IMG/VR virus record: IMGVR_UViG_3300037512_001928
Location: 32,001-96,000 of that record
Direction: 5' to 3' (one strand)
Origin: a virus
Lineage: Duplodnaviria > Caudoviricetes
DNA length: 64,000 bases
Part shown: positions 10,374 to 20,759 of the stretch, piece by piece
Layout: the number at the start of each line of letters is the position of its first letter
How positions within the stretch are numbered: the stretch's first letter is position 1
Translations under genes and position numbers: made by a program
Notes under the pieces: generated by a model
Told to the model about the DNA's origin: nothing
Database searches by the model: none
What the model saw: the letters and a program-made list of their open reading frames with translations, nothing else

Positions 10374-11045
10374 TTAGATATGACAGTCGTACAGACTGAC
10401 GAAGCAGTCCCTGTCGCTGTCAATGAAAGCCTTCCACTCTTCCCAGTAAGCGTCCCGGCTTTTGGCTGTATCGTCTGAGATCGCAAACCACCCGACCTTC
10501 CCCGGCGCATGCCATACCCCGTCCGGAGTAACAAACGCATAAGGCGTTGGCGGTCTCAGCATTTCCTTGACCCACTGTTCTTCCGTCCCGTAGGATTCCA
10601 GGTAGTATTCCGGAAGCCAGAATCCGTCCCCTTTGGTCGAGTACTGCTTCCATTCCTCCCGAAGCTCCGCCTCGGAATGCTTCGTTGGATGGTAATACCA
10701 GTCGACCTGAGACTTGTGGAAATGCCCGAAATCATCTGAAAACTGCTCGCCCTCTTTCATCTGATATTCGTCTTCGATCCACAGTTCGGTACAGTAATCA
10801 TATCGGGTGTTGGGATTATAAAAATTTCCCCACTGCCCGGTACTTTCATCGTAATGGTAATGTTCCTCCCGGTAATGCTCGTAGGTCCATGTCGGATTCA
10901 TCGCGCTGAACTTCTTCCATGCCTCGTCGATTTCTTCCTGACTGACCTGCTCGAACACAAAGTAGTCCCGGTTGGTTTCGCTGTACGGAAGTAATAGCCT
11001 GTCCGGGTCTTTGTCGTGAAATACAACAATTCTGTAATGACTCAT
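10374..11045 (-). CDS. Hypothetical phage protein
   Basis: ATG 11045 after GGAGG; MSHY...TPDGVWH...G..GWF...DCHI pattern. Confidence 0.75.
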   Translation of the reverse strand: MSHYRIVVFHDKDPDRLLLPYSETNRDYFVFEQVSQEEIDEAWKKFSAMNPTWTYEHYREEHYHYDESTGQWGNFYNPNTRYDYCTELWIEDEYQMKEGEQFSDDFGHFHKSQVDWYYHPTKHSEAELREEWKQYSTKGDGFWLPEYYLESYGTEEQWVKEMLRPPTPYAFVTPDGVWHAPGKVGWFAISDDTAKSRDAYWEEWKAFIDSDRDCFVSLYDCHI

Positions 11046-11159
11046 TTCATAACCTCCAAAAATCAAATTGGGTCTGTCGGCGCATGGGACGCCGACAGAC
11101 TTTCCCCTGACCGAAAAGGAGGATCTCACATGAGTCCGGCTACCCCTTCCAGACCCAGT

Positions 11160-11233
11160 AGCCGACAGTCAGACTTGCACTGACAGCCTGCGCTTTACAA
11201 GTGCGCCGCTCTTTCTCGTTGAGCTATGTCGGC
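11160..11233 (-). tRNA. tRNA-Thr(UGU)
   Basis: Acceptor GCCGACA/TGTCGGC, D stem GCTC/GAGC, anticodon loop CTTGTAA, T arm GTCAG/CTGAC; CCA not encoded. Confidence 0.85.
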
Positions 11234-11238
11234 AGATC

Positions 11239-11274
11239 AAAAACGGGGAGCAACACCTTGTTGCATCGCTCCCC
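11239..11274 (-). terminator. Possible intrinsic terminator
   Basis: GGGGAGCGATGC/GTGTTGCTCCCC hairpin followed by GTTTTT. Confidence 0.5.
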
Positions 11275-11386
11275 ATTCGCTGTAATAATTCTCACCGGTA
11301 CATCCGTAAGTTTTGGAAAGGAACAGATATGATCGGAATAATTACTGCAGCACTTTTTCCTGATTCTGTAGAATTTCCACAACGCT

Positions 11387-11661
11387 CAGGACAAAGCGAA
11401 CGGTGGACCCCGGGCATCTCACCCAGCCCATGGCGGTTTTTACTCCCGCTGGAGACCGGCAAAGACCTGCCGCGCTTCTATGGGCATCAGCAGACCCCGC
11501 CGGGGAGCGTGGTCGCTAACCTCACTCCGTCGCCCGTTTGAGATCCGGACGCACGATCGCTGTTCAGGGCTACGCTGTGTGACAGGCACCGGGCGGCACT
11601 CCGGCTTGATCCGACTGCGCTGTCGGATGGGACTTCGCGCTCCGCCTGATTCCCCGTCCTG
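11387..11661 (-). ncRNA. Unassigned structured RNA candidate, about 275 nt
   Basis: GC-rich, no credible ORF, ends pair (CAGGAC/GTCCTG), several internal hairpins. Confidence 0.4.
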
Positions 11662-11675
11662 TTTTTCACCCTTGC

Positions 11676-11858
11676 AAGACACGTTTTAGCCACAAAGATT
11701 ACGATTCTTCTGCATGATGGTTGCTGTGAGTGTCTTAAAAAGCCAGACGCATCTTAAAGAATTGCAGTCTTTTTCAGCATTTGCTGTCAGCGCCTGAGAG
11801 ATTCAGCCAAGACGCAGTTTGTTCTCTTAGCTCAGAAACAAAATCGCTGGATGCGTCT
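11676..11858 (-). ncRNA. Three tandem CAGCA-motif small RNA candidates (11676-11736, 11744-11796, 11810-11858)
   Basis: Stems AAGACAC/GTGTCTT, CAGGCGC/GCGTCTG and AGACGCA/TGCGTCT, each followed by ACAGCAA or CCAGCGA. Confidence 0.55.
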
Positions 11859-12133
11859 CTTGCTGTTTTCATCGCGGAGGTGGCAGTCCGGTCGGCGCGA
11901 TCGTCGCCGCCGTCAATCCACCGCATCCCTGAAAGATTTCACAACCTTGTTTTTCCCATGGAATGGGGCGTTGCGGGTTGGTCCCCGCAGTGTTCTTCCG
12001 TACGGGCGCTATTTTCTTTTCGCCTTTTACACGCTCCGCCCATCCAAAGCACTGGGCAAACCGCTCTGTTCTTGGCTATCCGCGACTCTGTAAGCGCGTG
12101 AGGTTCTTCCGCGCAAACATACATCATCATATC

Positions 12134-12329
12134 TCGGCACAAAAGAATGAAGGAGGAAAGAAGGTCCATGCGTACAAAGATACTTCTTCGTTTTCATGTA
12201 AGTATGCTGTGTGTGCCGAAAATAGAATACTCATTTCAAAAAAAACGCGATGCATTGACCGTGCGCCATCGAAAGGAGCGAAAGGGCGCAGAAGAAACCT
12301 TACTTAAGAAAAACTGCTGTGAGCATCGC
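12134..12329 (-). ncRNA. Two CAGCA-motif small RNA candidates (12134-12219, 12247-12329)
   Basis: Stems TCGGCACA/TGTGCCGA and GCGATGC/GCATCGC followed by CACAGCA. Confidence 0.5.
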
Positions 12330-12356
12330 AAAGGGGGAAAGGAGGAAAATGACCAA

Positions 12357-12647
12357 TCAGGAAAGATTCCTGTTGTCCGCATAAACCCTGTTCTCCGCTT
12401 TCTCGTACGTGTCGAGGTACCACTCGCGTTTGTCCCCGTTGTATGTCAGCTCAAACAGGCGCTCGTCAGGATAGTTCGTAGCAAGAATATACTTCCAGTT
12501 CTGAAGCGACTTGCATTTCCAGACCACAAACACCGTATATGATTTCCGGAATTGATCCGGATCCGTTGCGGCGGAAGGAACATAGACGCGCTCATACATC
12601 CAGTCCCGCACAATGTTCTGTGCGATCTGATCCATGTTGTCCGCCAT
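12357..12647 (-). CDS. DUF6275-like phage protein
   Basis: VFVVWKCKSLQNWK...ELTYNGDK.EWYLD.Y.K pattern. Confidence 0.65.
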   Translation of the reverse strand: MADNMDQIAQNIVRDWMYERVYVPSAATDPDQFRKSYTVFVVWKCKSLQNWKYILATNYPDERLFELTYNGDKREWYLDTYEKAENRVYADNRNLS

Positions 12648-12650
12648 CGC

Positions 12651-13766
12651 TTAACCCTCCGTCCACGGAATGTCCGTTTCGTTGAATACATGCGTCCCGA
12701 TCGGAAGCTGTTTCTCCCACCGGATCGCCCGGATCCTGTCATGCGCCACATTGGTACCGGAAATCTTAATCCATCGCCTGACAAACTGTACTGCGCGTTC
12801 CGCGTTTCTCGCCTGAACGTACACGCACTTCTCAGCTTTCTGCTGAGTCCCGAGCAGTACGCAGTAGCAATAGATCTTTTTCTGCGCCATCTGATCACCA
12901 CCCTCTAATAATATATAGAACATTTCGGTGCAGAAAGTTGCACGGAAATAAAAATTTTCTTATCCGTTCGGATTCTTATCGAGGATGACGATGTTTTCAT
13001 TCCCGCTCTGGTAGACGGTTCCATCCGTTGTCTCCACAATCACCCAGTTGTCCGGGCGGCGCTCAACCCGGCTGACGTCCACAATCTCCGGCTCAAACGC
13101 AACGTTGATCACAGCCCAGCGGTCGTGATCCGGATATTCCTTTACATCATACATCGCGTGATGATAAACCAGCGTTCCCGCCGGAATCAGAAGCATCGCC
13201 GCCAGCAGGATAATAAACGCCACAATCAGTTTCTTATTCTCCATATTTTTCTCCTTCGGATACATATATCGCTTTCCCTCCTTCGACCTTTGCGAAGTCT
13301 TCCATCAGGATGACCCGCGCCGCAGACAGGCAGTATACTTCGTCGCTCGTCATCAGCCGCCGCAGATTGCCTTTATGCTGTAATCCACGAAGACTATACC
13401 TTCCGCGCCCCGCATGATAAATCTGCCACCATTCATACTCTGGCACTCTGGACTGATACCTCGTCCCAACTTCCGGCAGAAACCTGCGCGTTATCATTCG
13501 CTTATCCCTTCTTCCTGCTCGTCTGCCCACGGGGTTTCCGTCATCTCGGCTTCGGTCGGCAGTCCGTCCCAGAGCCGGTAATAACGATTGTAAAATGCAT
13601 GAACCCGTGAATAAGCCGCCCTCTCCACATCCGAATCAAGTTCGTCTATCTCCGGATCGTATTCATACGTATCGAGATGCAGATCAATCCTTCGCGGACC
13701 CTCAACCCAATATTTCTTCTCCGGGTCGATCTGGCACACTTCTTCCATCGTCAGTACTCTCGCCAT
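12651..13766 (-). other. Four small hypothetical genes (about 12651-12890, 12960-13265 with a TM segment, 13234-13497, 13494-13766)
   Basis: Closely spaced ORFs with RBSs. Confidence 0.6.
12910..12941 (-). promoter_or_regulatory. Putative phage-sigma promoter GCAAC-N15-GTTCTATATA
   Basis: One of six copies of the motif, each upstream of a gene start. Confidence 0.65.
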
Positions 13767-14159
13767 ATTCTCCCTCCTTTATCGCCAGCGCAATCCGCCC
13801 CAGCACATCCACAGCGCAGGGGATCGCAATCCCGTTGCCGCACATCTTGTAAATCGCGGAGTCGCTTCCATTGACTCCATCACACCACCAGTCCGGCAGT
13901 CCCTGCAGCCTTAAACACTCAATGGGTGTCAACCGCCGCACCACATACTTCCGCCGCGCTCTGGATGGCTGATCGTTATCGTGCAGAACAATCTGCTGGT
14001 CATGCATGCAGTTCAAAGCACCGGTTACCCCCCCCATTGACTGGTTAAGCTGTCCGTTGCCAACACACATAACAAGTCGTTGTTCGCATCCTGTCCGTTG
14101 AATCCCCTGCTCAGTCTCGCGGTCAGGCATCCAGTTTTCTCCGGATACAGCAGTTTCAT
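13702..14159 (-). CDS. C5 DNA methyltransferase C-terminal part (motifs IX-X), frameshifted relative to its RBS-bearing start
   Basis: RRLTPIECLRLQG and YKMCGNG in frame 13702-14070; ATG 14159 with GGAGG opens a different frame that stops at 14025. Confidence 0.65.
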
Positions 14160-14173
14160 TCCTTACCTCCACG

Positions 14174-15250
14174 TCATCCCTCCTGAGACGCGCCGCTGGC
14201 ACAGCAGATAATCGCGGTATAATCCGTGACCCGGTTCTGATGATCACCCGTCAGCGTAGGTACTACCTCCCCCTCGCCGTTCCCGCGACAGTCGTAGCAG
14301 ACGGCATGTCGGTCAATCGTATTCAAGGCAAACATCTGCCCGCTGTCCTTCCAGCCGCTGCCCCTGTGAGAAGGTCTTGCGCCGTTTCCTTCCAGCGCAA
14401 TGCATGGATAGCACACGGCATGCTCGTGATTTGTCTGAAACGTGAACTGCGGATCGCCGTCACTGCCAACGCAGAATGTGGTTCTTCTATTGTCAGCTTT
14501 CCACCTTGTCTCAACCATGGTATTTATTGAATAGCAAGGGCTACAGTTTCCTCCAGCGCCTCCCGAAGCATTGGCGGTAATTCTTTCCCACGCCTCTCTG
14601 CGCGGCGCAAAATCCCCAAACTCGCCCTCGCACTCAAGTAGTATTTCTCCGGCGCGTTCAGATCCAAAATCTGCGACAAGGTAGATTCTTTCGCGCCTCT
14701 GAGGCACTCCTGTATATTGGGCATCGTACAGACGCCAGGCAAGACTCCAGCCGTTTCCCACGATATTCCCAATGGGTTTCCACTTTCCTTTCGGAGGTTC
14801 AGGTATAATGCATCCCCCCCCGCCGATGTCCGCGAACGCCTGGAGGACGGCGCGGAAGTCTTCTCCATGGTTACTGCTGAAAGCTCCCTTGACATTTTCC
14901 CAGACAGCAAATCGTGGATACTGATTTGATGTTGCATCCCGCATCTCCTTAATAATTCTGATGGCTTCAAAGAACAGGCTTGATCTCTCTCCGGCGTGAA
15001 TTCCTTTCTGATTTCCGGCAATGCTGAGATCCTGGCAGGGCGAACCAAATGTAATCACATCAACTGGCTTAACCGCTGCCCCATCAATCTCCCTCACATC
15101 GCCGAGCTGTTTGCAGTCCGGAAACCGCGCCGCCTCGACAGCAACAGGAAACTTCTCGATCTCACTGCACCAGACAGGAACCATCCCAACCAGCACCCCC
15201 GCCAGCTCAAACCCGCCGGATCCGCTGAACAGACTTCCCAACTTTATCAA
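14174..15250 (-). CDS. dcm: C5 cytosine DNA methyltransferase, N-terminal catalytic part
   Basis: Motif I SLFSGSGG, IV GSPCQD, VI ENV, VIII QRRERIY. Confidence 0.9.
   Translation of the reverse strand: MIKLGSLFSGSGGFELAGVLVGMVPVWCSEIEKFPVAVEAARFPDCKQLGDVREIDGAAVKPVDVITFGSPCQDLSIAGNQKGIHAGERSSLFFEAIRIIKEMRDATSNQYPRFAVWENVKGAFSSNHGEDFRAVLQAFADIGGGGCIIPEPPKGKWKPIGNIVGNGWSLAWRLYDAQYTGVPQRRERIYLVADFGSERAGEILLECEGEFGDFAPRREAWERITANASGGAGGNCSPCYSINTMVETRWKADNRRTTFCVGSDGDPQFTFQTNHEHAVCYPCIALEGNGARPSHRGSGWKDSGQMFALNTIDRHAVCYDCRGNGEGEVVPTLTGDHQNRVTDYTAIICCASGASQEG
14524..14937 (-). CDS. Alternative-frame ORF nested in dcm (M.EcoHK31I beta-like)
   Basis: Own RBS AAGGAG; C-terminal LSQIL...KYYLS...GILRRAERRGKELP pattern. 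Confidence 0.55.
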   Translation of the reverse strand: MQHQISIHDLLSGKMSRELSAVTMEKTSAPSSRRSRTSAGGDALYLNLRKESGNPLGISWETAGVLPGVCTMPNIQECLRGAKESTLSQILDLNAPEKYYLSARASLGILRRAERRGKELPPMLREALEETVALAIQ

Positions 15251-15262
15251 ACCGTATCCTCC

Positions 15263-18050
15263 TTATATCATGCCTGCAATATCCATGACGCACAGCACCA
15301 GATTCATGAGCCACCCAATGCCAATCAGCATGGATCCAACCTTGAACGACCTTGATTTCATATCGACCATATCAAACAGGATAATCTGTAATCCAAGGAA
15401 CATTAGACATGTCATAACATTTATCCTTTGCATTTTGCCTTACACCTCCCAACAGCCTCGATCAGCTCATCCGTATTTACAAATACGAGCTGTTTCACCT
15501 GCTTTCCCTCGCTGTCGACAATCTCTATACACACCTCTTTCGGAGCGCAGTCCTGATTGGTCACAATCAGCCCGCAGTCGTTCGTCGCAATAAACTCGGG
15601 ATCACTGAACACACACTTGGTAAACATCTCATCTTCCTTTCTGGTTTGTGTATTCCATTTACAGTAGGTTTCTGTATTATACAGAGGTTCCTCAGTCAAC
15701 CAGTCTTCCCCGTATATCGGACATTTGTAATGGTATTTCAGATTTGTTGCCATGGCTCACTCCCAGCTATCGCATTTGCCGTCCTTCATGGTCAGATGTT
15801 TATCGCAGAAGTTTCGATCCATCTCGGCGCAAACAAAATGGCGGCATGTATTACACGCCGCCGGACATTCCACAAGCTCGTAATCCCGGATCTCCTCCGG
15901 CGTCAGCTTCCTGTCGTATAGAAGCCACGCCCACGCCGTGCGGTTAATCGCCGGAATCACGGTTTCGCCGTCGCACTCTTCCCACTCGATAAAGCCGCTC
16001 GGCTGACACCCCGGCCCCATCGGTCGCATGATCATGTAATAACCCCAGCGGTTACGCATTCTCCTGCTTCTCCTTCTCTTCCTCGGCTTTATGTTCCGCC
16101 TCGCCCTCTACGATCGACTGCGACCACGCCGTCTCGTGAACAGCCCTGCCAAGCTCAATGAACTTCTCCATCAGCGAAACCATCCGCTTCTCCATCTGCC
16201 CGATCCGCCACCACGTCATCCAGAAGCAGAAAATAACGATAATCTCCAGAATCAGCCCCATCGTTTCAGTCATCATGTGTAAATCCTCCTTATTTATTAT
16301 TCATAGTCCTTGTCAAGATCAATCATCGCATTAAGCGTAGGAAGCACCATCTCGTCAAACGACTGTATCGTCAGCTGGTTCCACGCCAGCATCACATTGA
16401 GAAGCGCCGCCGCAATCTTCGACTGTTGTGATTCGGTCAGCTCGCCCAGCACAGCCCGTAGGTTCTTGATGCTTTTTTCGAGGAGGCGGCTCCCGTCCGC
16501 CTGACTTACATACCCGCGAAGCACCACCGGCGTATTGTTCAGCACATTCCTGACTTCGTCATAATGGTCGTGCTGAATCGCAGCGCCCTCAACGTCTCCG
16601 CGCCGGAGCAGATCGTTACGTGACTGTTTTATCATTGAAGTCCTCCCATGGGCGTAGTATCGCTTCCGGATCCATCTTTGCCCCACACGCAGGGCAAACT
16701 TCCACCGGCGTCTTTGTCAGCGCCTGACATATACTGCACTGATATGCGAACGCAGCGTAGATCGGAGAATCAGTATTGCCCAGATTGCTGATCCACCACC
16801 CGACCCTTTCATTTTCATCCATCGCCAATCAGTCTCCTTAGTTCGTCCTTTGCCGCCAGGATTCCGGCTTCATCCATCTCCCGGATCGCCGCCACCAGCA
16901 TCCTGAACTCGTTGGTAATGTTGATCCACTCACCCTTCGGTTCCTGCGTCATCTCCGCCTCCACGAATCTTCATAACCTCCGCCGTCGACATATGCTCCA
17001 CCAGACGCTCGTACGTTTCAAGCATAAACCGGATCGCGGCGGGACCTCCGTAATCGCGGTAAAGCCGCCAGAACCCGGGAAGCTTTCGCAGAAAGTAAAT
17101 CATCCTCTGCTCTCCTCCGTCTCCAGCGATTCCAGAAAATCCGCCAAGCGCGTATCCTGCCTCACTCTCTCCGCCGCAATCTGCGCGTCCGTCAGTCGGA
17201 ATCCAAGCTTGCCCATCTTCTCCGCCGCAATGTCCGTCCCGAAGATGTTTGCCATAATCGAGAGAAGATGCGTATCGCTCAGGTGATACTGCTCCCGCCG
17301 GTTCAGCTTACCCATGACCCAGCACCGCCCCAATCCGCACAGCGTACATGATGAAGCCCAACAGCACGATCGCGCTCATCGCCGCAACAAACCGCCCGTC
17401 CTTCCCGTACCGCACCGCCGCCACGAACAGCGCGACACACGCAGCCGCCAGCACGATGCATACCCACATGATCACCTCCAGCGTCATCCTCGAATCACCC
17501 ATGAAAAGACTCATCATCCGAAAATACCTCCTCCATGTCCCGTCAGAACCATCACCAGCAACGCCGCCATCATCAGATACATCGCGGAAATAAGGAACCC
17601 AAGCGCTCCGCCCTTCCGGTACCCAATCCCCTCCTTCCAGCACATCCACGAGATCCGCAGCCCGCAGGCCCCCGCCGCAACAAACAGCACCGACAGCACC
17701 CAGCACATCAGCTTCATCACGATCTGCACAAACCCCAGCCAGCTCATCCGTTCCCTCCTTCGTCTTTCTTATGACCGAACTTATAATCCTTCGCTCATTT
17801 CAGATCATCCTCCAGCCCCGCATGCCGTTTCACATATCTCGCCACCATATCGCTGATCTCACCGCAAAGGTTATCCACGCACTTCTTCCCGGCATAGTTC
17901 AGCCCGCCGCACAATTCCTTAATCCGGTTCAGCCTCGCCGCCACCTCCTCGCTCAGTCTTACATCAAGATCCTCGTCGTACAAATTCAACCATCCTCTTT
18001 CTTCCTGTTTATTCAATCCCGCCGCAGTCGGCGCGGAATGTAAATACCGG
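15263..18050 (-). other. Cluster of about 12 small hypothetical genes, several membrane or Cys-rich
   Basis: Coupled ORFs, e.g. 15421-15753, 16052-16276, 16297-16635, 16616-16828, 17100-17315, 17514-17747. Confidence 0.6.
15757..16059 (-). CDS. DarA C-terminal-like domain protein
   Basis: RPMGPGCQPSGF...YDRKLTPEEIRDYEL pattern. Confidence 0.45.
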   Translation of the reverse strand: MRNRWGYYMIMRPMGPGCQPSGFIEWEECDGETVIPAINRTAWAWLLYDRKLTPEEIRDYELVECPAACNTCRHFVCAEMDRNFCDKHLTMKDGKCDSWE

Positions 18051-18453
18051 CAAGGTTGAGAAGATCTGCAACTCCTGCACCGCAGCTGTCTCCCTGATTC
18101 CCGCTGTCCTCCACCGGAGCCACCCCGTCCCGCCGCCTCGGCATCCGTCCCCGCCGAGACCATCACCCGATGCTTGTCCCCATCATAATTCGCACATTCG
18201 ATAAACGTCTTCCACAGCGTTCGCCATACAAACGCTTTTGCCCCGCAGAACGGACACGGCTTCAGTGATCGTCGCCCGCCTCGCTTCCTTATCCGTCATC
18301 CAAACTTTCGCCCCTTTCTTAAAATCAATTCTTTGGTCGCAAACCTCTATCTGTTGTGTAGCCGCGATGACCTCCGGCATCTCGGACGAATATTTCCCCA
18401 TCCGAAAACCAGAAGTCAGAATTCTCTATAAAAATAGGCAGTCCGAAGGGTAT

Positions 18454-19881
18454 TTATGAAATGGTCACACCAGCCATCTTCTTTTCGCCGCCAGTCAGAT
18501 ATTTACCCACATCCAGCGGATCAATAATCTCGGTCAGAACCCGATAATAAAAATCGACCATATGATCCTTGACATCGTCGAGCTTGAACTCCACATATGG
18601 TTTAACAAACTCCACCGATCCATAGCCACGATCACTCCTATCAAAAACATAAGCATTCGGCATCAGATGCGGTTCTCCGTCAACCTTCACCAGCCCACCC
18701 TTCTGCCTGATCGAAATCACCTTTTTCTCCAGCAAGCCGCGCACAGCCTTTTGAGCCGTCAGGTGTGACATATCCATTGCCTCGCCCATCCGCTCATAAC
18801 TCATACAGCATTTCCCGTAGCACAAACAATATACACATATAAGAAATGCAATCTTTCGCTCCGACTTTGTTTCGCCAAGCAAAACCTTCCTTATATCTAA
18901 TGCCCCAATCCGCAACGCCCGGTGCAGCCACTCTGTTTTATCGCCGGTTTGCTTCTTTGCTTTCACCTTCACACCAAACTTCCGCACCACACTGCTCGCC
19001 ATCGCCCGCGCATCCTTCTCAATTTCCTCTATCGGAGAATTGATCAACGCCGGATCCTGCCGCCCGACCCACGCCATCAGGTCGGCAAAAATCTCATCCT
19101 CATCCGCGCCCATACTCCGCAGGTACACCGACCTCCGCCGCATGCAGTTATGCCGTTCGCCAGGTTGCATAATTCGCGGCTCATGTGCCACCGAGTATTT
19201 CCGAACCTGGTATCGCTCCTTCTTCTTCCATTTCCCAACATTGAGCTTCGCTTTCTCGAAATCTTCCTGCCACGCTTTCTTGTTCAGCCCAATTACAATG
19301 TCTTCAAACTTCTCCCCCGGCATCCGCTTCACCTGATACACATACCCATCATCTTCAATCGCCGCCAGCGTCTCCCGGTCGAGATACCAGCATCTGTTCC
19401 CGGTTCGCAGATTCACCCCCAGCGGAATCTTAATCGCATTGTGCCGCAACGGAAAACATTCCATGCGATATTCCGCCACCTGCCTGTCCCGCCGCAGGTA
19501 ATAGTACAAATTTTCCACCAGCGACTTCTTTACCGGCTTATCAAAGAAAACATCAATATGAAAACCCTTGTATCCGGAAGTCGAAGGATAAAGATACTCG
19601 GCGGCAATCCCAATGCCCTCCAGCCGCCGCATCATGTCCGCCACCACCGCCGTATCCAGCGTGTCAATGTCCAGCGTCATAAATACCGTCCGGTTCTTCC
19701 GCCCATACACACTGAGCGTCCTCTTCCCGTCAAGATGGTCGAAGAGATTCTTAATCGTCAGCTCACCATCTACATGTCTGTACCCAACTTCGCCAGACTC
19801 AACCACATACATCTCGCGGTACTCGGATTTATTGAAACAGTATAGCGACATCAACTTCCTCGCAATATCGTATTGCTCCAC
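18454..19881 (-). CDS. AEP primase-superfamily replication initiator (Rep) with C-terminal HTH
   Basis: LDID, SGYKGFH and KIPLG motifs, PriCT-like GERHN segment, wHTH; adjacent to the origin-like region. Confidence 0.7.
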   Translation of the reverse strand: MEQYDIARKLMSLYCFNKSEYREMYVVESGEVGYRHVDGELTIKNLFDHLDGKRTLSVYGRKNRTVFMTLDIDTLDTAVVADMMRRLEGIGIAAEYLYPSTSGYKGFHIDVFFDKPVKKSLVENLYYYLRRDRQVAEYRMECFPLRHNAIKIPLGVNLRTGNRCWYLDRETLAAIEDDGYVYQVKRMPGEKFEDIVIGLNKKAWQEDFEKAKLNVGKWKKKERYQVRKYSVAHEPRIMQPGERHNCMRRRSVYLRSMGADEDEIFADLMAWVGRQDPALINSPIEEIEKDARAMASSVVRKFGVKVKAKKQTGDKTEWLHRALRIGALDIRKVLLGETKSERKIAFLICVYCLCYGKCCMSYERMGEAMDMSHLTAQKAVRGLLEKKVISIRQKGGLVKVDGEPHLMPNAYVFDRSDRGYGSVEFVKPYVEFKLDDVKDHMVDFYYRVLTEIIDPLDVGKYLTGGEKKMAGVTIS

Positions 19882-20282
19882 TCACTTCACCTCCTTTTTA
19901 AAAACTTTCATCATAGATATGCATCTAAACGATATAATTAATTATAGTAGAGATACCTATAGATTGTAATCTATGTTGTGGCGGAAACCTTATATCCGTC
20001 AATGGCTCTGCGCGATTTTTCCACTCTTTCCTAAATAAAAGTGAGTTTGGAAGAGAGGGGCGGCGGCTATGCCAAAAATACGTCTTCTTCCTGACAAGAA
20101 GGGTTTCTCGCCTCCACCAACTAGTATATAGAGAGAATGAGGTTGCGGCGGCGGATCCCTGCCCTGCCATGCCCAGGGTAATAAAAATTGGTATCAATGT
20201 TTTTGTTTAATGAATAAATAAAGAGTATTATATATATAGGTAGGGGTCGCAATCGAGGTTGCGGCGGAAACCCATACATAAT

Positions 20283-20312
20283 ATATAAGAACATTTTCAT
20301 GGCGTTTGTTGC
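20283..20312 (-). promoter_or_regulatory. Putative phage-sigma promoter upstream of rep
   Basis: GCAAC-N15-GTTCTTATA. Confidence 0.55.
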
Positions 20313-20639
20313 GCGGCTGGCAAAATTTTCCGGGGGCGGCGGCGAAATATTAATGAAAGGAAAAGAAAAAGTCCTCGACATAAATTCGGGGCTGGCTGAT
20401 TCCGGGCTTGAAGAGACGGAAAAAATGCAACGCGCAAAGTTGCCGGGAGATGCCGGGATCTGGGGTTGGGATATATCCCCTATATGTCACTTATCCTGCG
20501 ATGGCGAAAATGGGGGCGGCTGGCGGTTGGTGGGGACTGAGCGGGCGGGAGGGAGGTAGACGGGGCTTGATTTTTTATATCGAAGTTGGAAAGGGTTAGG
20601 GGTGGGTTGGTTTTGCCCCTGGACGATGGTCGAAACGTA

Positions 20640-20676
20640 AAACAGGGGGCATAATATTTGATTATGTATCCTGTTT
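20640..20676. other. dif/loxP-like tyrosine-recombinase site
   Basis: AAACAGGGGGCATAA-TATTTGA-TTATGTATCCTGTTT; 15-bp inverted arms (12/15 match), CATAA/TTATG inner ends as in dif. Confidence 0.6.
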
Positions 20677-20759
20677 CGTAAAAATAAGAATTGAGTATTT
20701 ACAATGCTTTGCGGATTCAAAATGTAAATATACATATTTTGACAAGAATTTGTCAATGT

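Noticed and set aside
11387-11661. tmRNA or RNase P RNA
   Set aside because: No GGGG 5' end, complete acceptor stem or tag reading frame; RNase P P4 consensus not found
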